From: Dehalococcoidia bacterium
GTDB lineage: Bacteria > Chloroflexota > Dehalococcoidia > SZUA-161 > SpSt-899
Assembly (NCBI GenBank): GCA_046498265.1
Contig: JAWOBB010000064.1
Span: 8,575-72,574 of the forward strand
DNA length: 64,000 bases
Reading direction: 5' to 3'
The position numbers were made by a program, and so were the translations under genes. Position 1 is the stretch's first letter. Each line of letters begins with the position of its first letter. This document shows positions 39,920 through 47,907 of this stretch, piece after piece. The notes beneath the pieces were generated by a model. It saw nothing but the letters and a program-made list of their open reading frames with translations, was not told the origin of the DNA and did not search any database.

Positions 39920-40597
39920 TTATTTTGTAAGGGAAACAACAACTTTGCGCCGTTCGCCGTACCCTGTACTGCCGGTAGTGATACCCTCTTCTTCCCGGAG
40001 GGTAAGGTGCACAATTCTCCGTTCCCATGCTCCCATGGGTTCCATAGTGATGGAACGCTGGTTGGTTCTGACCAGGTCGGCTATTCGCAATGCCATGTTT
40101 TGCAGTTCTTCCCGGCGTCTTTTTCGGTAATCGGCTACATCTACAAGCACCTTGACGCTGCTCTTAAGCCGTCGGCTGGCAAGGAAATTCACCATATATT
40201 GCAATGCAGACAGCGCCTGCCCCCGCCGGCCGATTAGAATGCCGGGATTTGAGGTGGTTATATTGAGCATGGCTGGAGTCTTTTCATCTTCGGATGGTAT
40301 CACTTCGACAGTTCCCTCTACTTCGACCATAGACAGCAGCTTTTCCAGCACCTCCCGGGCTGTACCGGTAGTTGTGTCCGATTCCGCTGAAGGGAAGTTC
40401 TGCCAGGAAGAGGTTTCCGAAGAGGTAAGAGGAGTAACCCTTACTATGGCGTTTTCTCCTCCCAGTCCCAGAATGCTCCTTTTCGCCTCCTGGACTATTT
40501 CGATGTTGACTTCTGCGGTTGTGGTGAGTCCCAGCTGTTCAAGGGCTGTTTGAATGGCCTCATCTACGGTTTTTCCGCTTACTTCCAGAGCTTCCAT
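39920..40597 (-). CDS. jag: Jag/KhpB-type RNA-binding protein (Jag_N, KH, R3H)
   Basis: 225 aa. It begins with the Jag N-terminal domain (VSGKTVDEAIQTALEQLG) and ends with an R3H region (EPMGAWERRIVHLTL). It lies downstream of yidC, as in many bacteria. Confidence 0.8.
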   Translation of the reverse strand: MEALEVSGKTVDEAIQTALEQLGLTTTAEVNIEIVQEAKRSILGLGGENAIVRVTPLTSSETSSWQNFPSAESDTTTGTAREVLEKLLSMVEVEGTVEVIPSEDEKTPAMLNITTSNPGILIGRRGQALSALQYMVNFLASRRLKSSVKVLVDVADYRKRRREELQNMALRIADLVRTNQRSITMEPMGAWERRIVHLTLREEEGITTGSTGYGERRKVVVSLTK

Positions 40598-41504
40598 ATC
40601 TTCTACCCCTACTTTTCTTCATAGCGACATTACTTTTTTTAGTCGCCGGTCTGGTCTCCTTTTCATTTTTATGTTCCGAAGGAGCTTCAATGGTAGAATC
40701 CTCCACAGGACTCCCTGTTTCAACTGTATCAGAGGGCGCATTCCCGGCTGGAGCTAATTTGGGGAACGAACCCGGGATCAGTCTTCGGAACGTCTCTTCA
40801 ATGCCTCCCCAGTTACCGGTGATAAAGCGCTGTACCACCATTCGAAAGATGGTCATGACTACTATGTAAAGCGCCAGCCCACTGGGAAAGCTCAGGAAGA
40901 TGAATCCGAGGAACAGAGGCATCATCCACTGCATCATTTGCTGCATCTGCTGCTGTTTGGGGTCGGCAGAGGGGGTAGTGGACATCTTCTGAGAAATCCA
41001 CATGCTGGCCATGATAAGGATAACCATGAAAAAGTTGGGCTGGCTTAAGTCCAGGCCAAGGAAATTGCTTTCGGGAGGAACCCCTTCCTGCACGAAACCC
41101 CAGTCGTAAATGTGTTTCGACAAGCCGATCAGTCGGTTAGGGGTGGTGGGCAGGGTTTGAATGATTCCCTGGTATAGCGCAATTATGATTGGCATTTGAA
41201 TTATCAACGGCAGGGCGCAGCCGATAGGATTTACCCCCTCTTCTTTGTAGAGCTTCATTATCTCCTGCTGCTGCTTTTGTTTATCCTTGCTGTATTTCTT
41301 CTGTAACTCCTGCATCTTGGGCTGAAGCGTCTGCATCTTTTTCATGGAGCGGGTTTGCCTGATGGTGAGTGGCAGGATGATCAGGTTAACGATAATGGTT
41401 ACTGCAATAATAGCTGCTCCCAGGCTGTTATCGAACAGATGGGAAAGCATCATCAGCACGTTGATGAAAGGCTCGATGAGGATCGTATCGAATAGTTCGC
41501 CCAA
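40560..41504 (-). CDS. yidC: Membrane protein insertase YidC (short, Gram-positive type)
   Basis: 314 aa with a TTG start. Conserved segments include PLTIRQTRSMKKMQTLQPKMQELQKKY and GCALPLIIQMPIIIALY. The C-terminal tail is basic. Confidence 0.85.
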   Translation of the reverse strand: MGELFDTILIEPFINVLMMLSHLFDNSLGAAIIAVTIIVNLIILPLTIRQTRSMKKMQTLQPKMQELQKKYSKDKQKQQQEIMKLYKEEGVNPIGCALPLIIQMPIIIALYQGIIQTLPTTPNRLIGLSKHIYDWGFVQEGVPPESNFLGLDLSQPNFFMVILIMASMWISQKMSTTPSADPKQQQMQQMMQWMMPLFLGFIFLSFPSGLALYIVVMTIFRMVVQRFITGNWGGIEETFRRLIPGSFPKLAPAGNAPSDTVETGSPVEDSTIEAPSEHKNEKETRPATKKSNVAMKKSRGRRYGSSGSKRKNRR

Positions 41505-41518
41505 ATTTATCCCCGTTA

Positions 41519-42667
41519 TTACTTGCTAAGCTCTATTGTTTGCGGCCATATTTCGGTACCTGTCTGGCCGTTTATGGCATGTAATTCGCTGTCCTTGTCG
41601 AGGAAATAGACCGTGGTTCCGGATACACATGGATCGGCCATGATGTCATCGTCGAAGCGTACGGGACGCCATGCCTGCATTCCGTCTTCCAGATTGAGTC
41701 CATATACGTGGTCATCCTGAGAGCCGATCAACAAAACTTCGCCGATGATAACCGGCCTGGCTCTGATCCTGTCCCCACTTTCGGTTTTAAAGGGAACTAT
41801 CCATCCCGATTTCAACTCTCCGGTGTTGGCGTTGAGTGCATAGACACTGCCGCCAAAAGAGCCGAAATAGATTGTCCCCTCATCAAAGAGGGCCTGTGTC
41901 CAGACCCAGTTATCCGTTTCGAATTCCCATCGTGTGCTGCCGCCGTCGGTGATATCAAGGGCGTAGAACTTGTTATCCAGAGTACCTGTATAAAGAGTGT
42001 CATTAACGATGAGTGGCGTGGAAGCGATGGCTCCGGAGAAGCCGCGTTCCCAAATTTTTTTGCCGGTTTCAATATCCAGTGCGTAAACTTTGTGGCCCAG
42101 AGTTGCGAAATAAATAATCTCGTCCGATATCACAGGGGTGCACCATATTTTCCCGCTGGCATCGAAGGGTTTATCCCATAAGGAGATGCCTTTTTGGGCA
42201 TCCAGTTTGTAGAGTTTATCTCCGGCAGCAAATATCAGTGCTGTTTCATTAACGACAGGTCCGCCGACGATCTGGTGATTGGTGCTGTAGGCCCATTTTT
42301 GGGCACCGGTCGACGAGTCCAGGGCATAAACATCGCCAGCGTAAGTACTGGCGTAGAACAAGCTGCCGGCAACTACCGGTGCGGCATAAGAGGTCAACTG
42401 GGTAGTTGAGGAACCGGTGCAGCCAAAGAGAGACCCTGTTTCCGAGTCCTCTCCAACGGGGGTAAAATCCTGAATTGTTTTATCTGAGAGATTGAGGGTC
42501 AGGAATTTCCCGCCCGCACAGGTGTAGAGGGTTTCACCCGATAATGTAATCCCGTCCCATCCGCTGGGTTCGAATCTACCCGAGACGCATCCGGTACACA
42601 CTAACCCGCAAATCAGAATGGTTAGCGCAACTTGCAGTATTAAACTGTTTCGAGAAAAAACTCGCAT
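41519..42667 (-). CDS. PQQ-like beta-propeller protein, probable lipoprotein
   Basis: 382 aa with signal ...ICGLVCTGCVSG. It has repeated blades, such as GSLFYASTYAGDVYALDSSTGAQKW, IIYFATLGHKVYALDIETGKKIW and TIYFGSFGGSVYALNANTGE. Confidence 0.75.
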   Translation of the reverse strand: MRVFSRNSLILQVALTILICGLVCTGCVSGRFEPSGWDGITLSGETLYTCAGGKFLTLNLSDKTIQDFTPVGEDSETGSLFGCTGSSTTQLTSYAAPVVAGSLFYASTYAGDVYALDSSTGAQKWAYSTNHQIVGGPVVNETALIFAAGDKLYKLDAQKGISLWDKPFDASGKIWCTPVISDEIIYFATLGHKVYALDIETGKKIWERGFSGAIASTPLIVNDTLYTGTLDNKFYALDITDGGSTRWEFETDNWVWTQALFDEGTIYFGSFGGSVYALNANTGELKSGWIVPFKTESGDRIRARPVIIGEVLLIGSQDDHVYGLNLEDGMQAWRPVRFDDDIMADPCVSGTTVYFLDKDSELHAINGQTGTEIWPQTIELSK

Positions 42668-42713
42668 TGATTTTTAACTGAGACAGCACGCTGAGGTGCT
42701 GATTAATTTTGAA

Positions 42714-42923
42714 TTAAGGTACGGGGTCGAAGCCGCCTTTGGCTAATGGATGACAGCGCAAGATGCGCCAGGCAGTCATCCAACCGCCTTTTATCACGCC
42801 GTGTTTCTTTATTGCTTCATATCCATATTGAGAGCATGTTGGCTGGTAGCGACATGAGGGTGGCGTTAACGGCGATATGGCACCCTGGTAAAAACGAATA
42901 AGAATTAACGCAATTTCCTTCAT
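42714..42923 (-). CDS. yidD: Membrane protein insertion efficiency factor YidD
   Basis: 69 aa. [31 protein letters not shown] is the YidD signature. Confidence 0.9.
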   Translation of the reverse strand: MKEIALILIRFYQGAISPLTPPSCRYQPTCSQYGYEAIKKHGVIKGGWMTAWRILRCHPLAKGGFDPVP

Positions 42924-43283
42924 CTACTCTTTCCCCAGCAGGTTGGTCCGGCTTAGAAGCTTAACGAATGCCGGCTCGATGTCCCAATAGCTTTTCCCGG
43001 TCATATTTTTGCGGGCAACGATTACGATGTCCCATCCCGGTTCGAGGGAATGCAATCTGACTGCCTCTCTGAGGAGCCGCTTTGCCCTGTTTCTCTGTAC
43101 CGCGTTGCCCGTTCTTTTACTGGCTACAATGCCGACCCGACTTCTACCCAGACCATTTGGTTTTGCTCTCAAGACCATCAGGTCATTTGCCCAGTGTTCC
43201 CCTGCGTTGAAAACTGCGGCGAACTGGGAGTTTTTAGTTAAGCGTTCCTCTGTCCCCATCCCCACCGTAGCTTTATGAATCAT
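42924..43283 (-). CDS. rnpA: Ribonuclease P protein component
   Basis: 119 aa, basic. It contains the RNR-type motif segment [21 protein letters not shown]. Its start overlaps the rpmH stop (ATGA). Confidence 0.85.
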   Translation of the reverse strand: MIHKATVGMGTEERLTKNSQFAAVFNAGEHWANDLMVLRAKPNGLGRSRVGIVASKRTGNAVQRNRAKRLLREAVRLHSLEPGWDIVIVARKNMTGKSYWDIEPAFVKLLSRTNLLGKE

Positions 43284-43417
43284 ACAGTCAAACGATGACG
43301 ACTCTTAAGCCGCCTTCGAGCCAGAATTGCCCGTCCGCCCCGCGTACTCATGCGGTGTAGAAAGCCGTGTTTTCGTTTTCTGGGAATTTTTTTCGGTTGA
43401 TAGGTTCTTTTTGGCAT
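43280..43417 (-). CDS. rpmH: 50S ribosomal protein L34
   Basis: Absent from the track (45 aa). My translation is [45 protein letters not shown], the canonical L34 sequence. ATG is at 43417-43415 and TGA at 43282-43280. Confidence 0.9.
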   Translation of the reverse strand: MPKRTYQPKKIPRKRKHGFLHRMSTRGGRAILARRRLKSRHRLTV

Positions 43418-43449
43418 CTTTTAATTCACTTCTTCAAAGCACGTAGGGT

Positions 43450-43479
43450 ATTATACCTTCATTAGCTCTACATTGGCAA
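43450..43479 (-). promoter_or_regulatory. Candidate promoter of the rpmH operon
   Basis: On the minus strand, TTGCCA (43479-43474) is followed by an 18-nt spacer and TATAAT (43455-43450). It lies about 32 nt upstream of the rpmH ATG. Confidence 0.4.
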
Positions 43480-43483
43480 GCAA

Positions 43484-45313
43484 TTACTTGGCATGTTCCA
43501 GCACAACAACTTTTGGTTCTTGTGGCAAATCATCTTTGGTGAATTGCTTTTCGCTGCTGCCAGCCCGTTCCACATTGGATTTACTCTGCAGGAAATCATC
43601 CACCCTGGCTATCGGGAAAGCGCACTTATCGTTGCTCACGTGCATCGGTATGATAACCCTGGGGTTGATTTGTTCACAGACCCGGGTTGCTTCACTGGCA
43701 TTTATGGTGAAGAATCCACCGACGGGGATCATAATTATATCGACCTTCCCGATTTCCTCGACCTGCTCGTCGGAAAGCAGGTGCCCGAGGTCTCCCAGAT
43801 GGCAAATCTTTATCCCGTCCAGAGTGAAGCAAAAAATGATATTGTCCCCCCGTTCTGTACCACCGGACTGATCGTGATGGCTGGCTATTCCCTTGAATTC
43901 GATTCCTTTGACCGTTACTTTTTGGGGCTTGTCGACTACTTCCGGGTTGCCGCCCACTTTCCCGCCGCAGTGGTCGCCGTGCTGATGACTGATTAGGACA
44001 ACGTCGGCTGACTCGCCGATGGGTTCGTAATTGAGCCCGTCATATGCTCCGTATGGATCGGTTATAATTCTGGTGCCTTCATCTCCGGTGATGAGGAAAG
44101 ATGCATGTCCAAGCCACTGGATTTTCATTTTCTCAACCTCCTGTGCGAAAGTTTTTTGTTCGCTCGTCTCCCGTTGCTCATCCTGCTTCGGAGCAGTTTT
44201 TTCTTCGGCGAACGGCTTTTCTGAGCGGGGGGATCGAGGAGAGGGTAATCCGTTGCTCTGCTCTTCCAGCCGGCTCTTTACATTCTCGATTTTACCTTCC
44301 AGTTGCCTGTTTACCACGCCCAGTTCCTTGATTTTTTCCCGTTTTTTGGCAATCTCCTCGCGGAGCTTATCGCCATATTCCCGGGATTTGATGCTCTGGA
44401 TGGCCTCTTTAAATTGCTCAACTTCGGCCTGCAGTCTGGAAATGGTTTCTTCATTCTGCTGGAACTGGCTGGTCAGTTCTTTAAACTGGCCTTCGATTCG
44501 AGAAATCCATTCTTCGTATTTGCGTCGCTTTTCGTCTCGTATTTCGTTGACTTTGTAGATGGCAGTGTCCCAGGCGGTGTTCAATGTGTCCCTTATTTGT
44601 TCCCGCTGAGTTTTGTTGAGCGATAGACTTTTCAGATGCTGTTGAGCCTTTTTGACCTTTTCCAGTGCCTGCTGGGGGTTTCCTTCGTTTGCTTCCTCGA
44701 GAGCGCTCTTTGCCAGCGGTTCCATTTGCTCGAAGCCGCGATCCCAGATAGCCAATCGGTACTGGTGGACCAGATCGTTTGTCCGATGCCATTTTTCCCA
44801 GCATATCTGTCTATCATCTCTCAGCAGGACTGTAGCTGGCTGGTCGTTTCCGTTTTCGGGGGCTGGGTTTTCCCCCTCACTTTTGAGCAAAGTGAGGGCT
44901 TCTTTTAGCAGACCCTGGGCTTTGGAGAGCGTCTTTATATCATCGGGGGCTGATGTGGTGAGGGCCCAGGCCTGGTCAATTTTTTGCTCGAGGCGCTGCC
45001 TGTCCTGAGTTGATCTGTCTTTGCGCGATTCCCATTCCCGCTGCTGCTTTTTCTTCATCTGGTTACAGATGTTGTCATGTGCTTCAAGCAGGCGTTCTTT
45101 TTCAGCGGGAGGGAGGGGGTTTAGAGATTCGATGATTGAGGGGATTTCCTGAGCTTTATTCCAGAAATCTTTGTATTGGAAATTAGAGGTCGTAGTTATC
45201 AGAAAGGAAAGCTCATCAAGCCGATCTTCTACGGTTTCGATATTGTGTTTTTCCTGCTCGAGCCATTTCTCCCACTCTTCAGCCATCGATTCTGTCATTT
45301 TATCAGTCCCCAT
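43484..45313 (-). CDS. Fusion protein: N-terminal Glu/Lys/Gln-rich coiled-coil domain (about 380 aa) plus a C-terminal UPF0173-type MBL-fold hydrolase
   Basis: 609 aa. The C-terminal roughly 225 aa start at MKIQWLGHASFLITG and carry HxHxDH (ISHQHGDHCGG), as in stand-alone UPF0173 metal-dependent hydrolases. The N-terminal part is helical and heptad-like, with three W-containing units (KDFWNKAQE, RQICWEKWHR, NTAWDTAIYK). Confidence 0.7.
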   Translation of the reverse strand: MGTDKMTESMAEEWEKWLEQEKHNIETVEDRLDELSFLITTTSNFQYKDFWNKAQEIPSIIESLNPLPPAEKERLLEAHDNICNQMKKKQQREWESRKDRSTQDRQRLEQKIDQAWALTTSAPDDIKTLSKAQGLLKEALTLLKSEGENPAPENGNDQPATVLLRDDRQICWEKWHRTNDLVHQYRLAIWDRGFEQMEPLAKSALEEANEGNPQQALEKVKKAQQHLKSLSLNKTQREQIRDTLNTAWDTAIYKVNEIRDEKRRKYEEWISRIEGQFKELTSQFQQNEETISRLQAEVEQFKEAIQSIKSREYGDKLREEIAKKREKIKELGVVNRQLEGKIENVKSRLEEQSNGLPSPRSPRSEKPFAEEKTAPKQDEQRETSEQKTFAQEVEKMKIQWLGHASFLITGDEGTRIITDPYGAYDGLNYEPIGESADVVLISHQHGDHCGGKVGGNPEVVDKPQKVTVKGIEFKGIASHHDQSGGTERGDNIIFCFTLDGIKICHLGDLGHLLSDEQVEEIGKVDIIMIPVGGFFTINASEATRVCEQINPRVIIPMHVSNDKCAFPIARVDDFLQSKSNVERAGSSEKQFTKDDLPQEPKVVVLEHAK

Positions 45314-45379
45314 TTAAAATTGATTTGGTTTTACCGGGGAGTGTCCCCACGCGATGTTGTAAATTACCTAATGAAAATA

Positions 45380-46882
45380 TTACCCTTTTGCCAGTGCCAG
45401 AGTCAAATTTATCAGGGTTCTTACCGGAATCCCGGTGGCTCCCTTCGGCCAGTAACCGCGGTCTTTATCCAGCAGAAATGTGCCGGCGATATCCAGGTGT
45501 ACCCATGGTGTTCTGCCCACAAACTCGGCCAGGAATTTGGCCGCTGTGATGGCTCCGCCCCCCTTGCCGCCGGTGTTTTTGATATCGGCAAGGTCGCTTT
45601 TGATAAGCTCTGAATAATCGTCATACATCGGCATTTGCCAGATTCTCTCCCCCGCTTCTTCGCCGGCACGTAACACCTTATCGATGAGTTGCTGATTATT
45701 GCCGAATGCCCCGCTGCAGATATCTCCCAGGGCGACCTGGCAGGCACCGGTCAATGTGGCAATATCGATAATGGGGGAAAGTTTAAGTTTGCTGGCATAG
45801 CTTAAGGCATCGGCTAAGATAAGCCGGCCTTCAGCATCGGTATTGAGCACCTCGATGGTCTTGCCGTTCATGGCTTTGATGATGTCGCCCGGCTTGTAGG
45901 CGGTTCCGCTGGGGAGGTTCTCCGTGGCCGGTACCAGCCCGGTAACATTGATTTTTGGCCCCAGTTGTCCGATGGCGCTCATAGCTGCAATCACTGCTGC
46001 CCCGCCACCCATATCGCCTTTCATTTCATCCATCTTAGCTGAAGGCTTGATGGAAATACCGCCGGAATCGAAGGTGATTCCCTTGCCGACGAGTCCCATT
46101 GCTTTGTCGGAGGCCGGGTCCCCTTTGTATTTAAGGATGATGAATTTTGGCGGCTGCTGGCTTCCCTGGGCTACGCCCAGAAGCCCGCCCATGCCGAGTT
46201 CGCCCATCTGCTCTTTTTCCAGTACCTCGATCTCCATGCCTCGTTTCTGAGCAACTTCCAGGGCTTTGACGGCCATGTCATTCGGGGTCATGAAATTGGA
46301 TGGCTGATTGACCATGTCGCGGGCAAGGATGGAGGCCTGGGCCATAATCGTCCCTTCCCTGACCGCCGCCTTCAGCCTGGCAATACCTTTTTTCCCCATT
46401 TCCACGATGGAAAGCTCTTTAATTTCTTTGTGATTTGCTTTCCTGGATTTATGTTCTTTGAAAGTGTATAGCCCCAGCAGGCTCCCTTCGGCGATGGCTC
46501 GCGCTGAGGCCTGCGGGTCAATGCCCCCGGCTCCGGTACCGTGCAGGATGGTGGCAATATCTCTGGCGCCGGCTCCTCGCAGGGATTTGCAGGCGGCGGC
46601 ACTTGCCTGCCGGACCCTCTCTTCATTGAAATCCCTCTTTTTCCCCAGTCCAACCACCAAGACCATTGCCGGGGCGATTTTCCCCAATGTGTGAATGATG
46701 GTGGTTTCGTTGAGCCTGCCTTTGAGTTGACCTCTGGAGATGAGGCTGGAAATAGCGCCATCTAAGGCTTTATCTACTGCTCCAGTGGCTCCGCCGGGGG
46801 CCTTTGTTCCCTGGAAAAGGTTGACGATTACGGCATCAACCTTCAGTTCAACTATATCTCCGGTGACAACTTTGATTCTCAT
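45380..46882 (-). CDS. pepA: Leucyl aminopeptidase (M17)
   Basis: 500 aa with the M17 signature NTDAEGRLILADAL and metal ligands in VGKGITFDSGG. Confidence 0.9.
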   Translation of the reverse strand: MRIKVVTGDIVELKVDAVIVNLFQGTKAPGGATGAVDKALDGAISSLISRGQLKGRLNETTIIHTLGKIAPAMVLVVGLGKKRDFNEERVRQASAAACKSLRGAGARDIATILHGTGAGGIDPQASARAIAEGSLLGLYTFKEHKSRKANHKEIKELSIVEMGKKGIARLKAAVREGTIMAQASILARDMVNQPSNFMTPNDMAVKALEVAQKRGMEIEVLEKEQMGELGMGGLLGVAQGSQQPPKFIILKYKGDPASDKAMGLVGKGITFDSGGISIKPSAKMDEMKGDMGGGAAVIAAMSAIGQLGPKINVTGLVPATENLPSGTAYKPGDIIKAMNGKTIEVLNTDAEGRLILADALSYASKLKLSPIIDIATLTGACQVALGDICSGAFGNNQQLIDKVLRAGEEAGERIWQMPMYDDYSELIKSDLADIKNTGGKGGGAITAAKFLAEFVGRTPWVHLDIAGTFLLDKDRGYWPKGATGIPVRTLINLTLALAKG

Positions 46883-46938
46883 AACAACTCCCCCTCGAAA
46901 TGGCCAAATACTATTAATCCGGCAATCTAATATAGTAT

Positions 46939-47026
46939 GTCATTCCGGCCTCCGAGCCGGAATGACATGTTAAGGTTATCTGGATTCCCACCGGAGTTTA
47001 TCCTGTGCTTGATATTGGGTGGGAAT
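46939..47026. repeat. Composite REP/MITE-like element, the second copy of the 28786 family
   Basis: Hairpin GTCATTCCGGC-ctccga-GCCGGAATGAC lies at 46939-46966. It is followed by GTTAAGGTTATCTGGATTCCCACCGGAGTTTATCCTGTGCTTGATATTGGGTGGGAAT, which aligns with 28857-28917. Confidence 0.8.
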
Positions 47027-47124
47027 AATATGAAAAGCAATAGTGTCTCTTGTAATTTACCGATTTATTAAATCGGGCTCGGCTTTTTATTCTTTTATGG
47101 TGTCCACATTGATATTTTTATTGC

Positions 47125-47244
47125 TCAAATTTGGCAATACTGCTGAAAGAAACTGGCTGTTTGCTCGATATCATTTCTTTCGAGCGATTTGAGCGCCGCT
47201 TCCAGCAACTGGACTTTGCTTCGAAGGCACGCTTCGATTCCCAT
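47125..47244 (-). CDS. Small hypothetical ORF (39 aa), in frame with the two upstream ORFs
   Basis: My translation is MGIEACLRSKVQLLEAALKSLERNDIEQTASFFQQYCQI. The module LLEAALKSLERNDIEQTASFFQQY resembles the C-terminal module of the 104-aa ORF. Confidence 0.25.
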   Translation of the reverse strand: MGIEACLRSKVQLLEAALKSLERNDIEQTASFFQQYCQI

Positions 47245-47253
47245 CCCTATACA

Positions 47254-47394
47254 TCAGGATACTTCGGCTTTGTCCAGCTCCCCTGATTCTGACTCGATTA
47301 TAGACTTCAATTCATCCAGACAGGTTTCGGCATTGTCTGTCTTAAGCCTTTCTCCAAGCCGGCGGATTTTTTCTTCGCTGCTGATAATTTCCAT
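47254..47394 (-). CDS. Small hypothetical ORF (46 aa), in frame with the ORFs on both sides
   Basis: My translation is MEIISSEEKIRRLGERLKTDNAETCLDELKSIIESESGELDKAEVS, ending in TGA. It starts 6 nt after the upstream TAA. There is no clear SD. Confidence 0.25.
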   Translation of the reverse strand: MEIISSEEKIRRLGERLKTDNAETCLDELKSIIESESGELDKAEVS

Positions 47395-47400
47395 TCTGGT

Positions 47401-47715
47401 TTATGAACTTTCCTCTAAAGGGACTTGCGGAATCATTTTCTCATAAGCTTCCAGTAAAGTGGCAGCTTTACCGATGTTGCCTGATTGGAGCTCTTGCAGG
47501 GCTTCATCCAGGGTTTGCCTCTCTGCATCAAGGGAAAAGGATATCCCCGGCCCGCAACAGGAGGCCCTCGCCTCGGCGCGCCAGCATAGGGTGGACTTGA
47601 TTTCGATCATCCTGCGAAGCTCTCGGATGGCGGAATCCGTCTGGCCGGTATCTTTAAGCTTTGTCCGCAGCGACTTGACCTGGGCGGGGGTGATAACCAG
47701 AATATCGTTTTCCAT
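47401..47715 (-). CDS. Small hypothetical protein (first of three collinear in-frame ORFs)
   Basis: 104 aa from ATG 47715 (MENDILVITPAQV...); the track uses GTG 47745. It contains CWRAEARASCCGPG and a helical C-terminal module TLDEALQELQSGNIGKAATLLEAY. It ends at TAA 47403-47401. Confidence 0.45.
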   Translation of the reverse strand: MENDILVITPAQVKSLRTKLKDTGQTDSAIRELRRMIEIKSTLCWRAEARASCCGPGISFSLDAERQTLDEALQELQSGNIGKAATLLEAYEKMIPQVPLEESS

Positions 47716-47800
47716 CGGTTTCCCTGATTTCTCAATTTTGCGCACTTACTCAAAACATACCTGATTGGAGCATTATTTTCAAATTTCCCTGGAATCCTTT

Positions 47801-47840
47801 AAGAAAGAAGAATTTCAGCCCCCTTTGGTAAAGGGGGTTT
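47801..47840 (-). terminator. Rho-independent terminator downstream of purB
   Basis: CCCCCTTT (47819-47826), a short loop, then AAAGGGGG (47830-47837). On the minus strand it is followed by CTGAAATTCTTCTTTCTT (U-rich). Confidence 0.55.
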
Positions 47841-47907
47841 AAAGTGGGTTAGGGGGTTTTATTCTCTTTAGGTACAATAAGTCGTGGCTTGCGGTGGGGT
47901 AGTTCAT

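Noticed and set aside
43418-43483. Expectation of dnaA/oriC next to rpmH
   Set aside because: The upstream gene is the coiled-coil/MBL fusion, not dnaA. I found no cluster of TTATCCACA-type boxes here or in the AT-rich 1434-1800 spacer.
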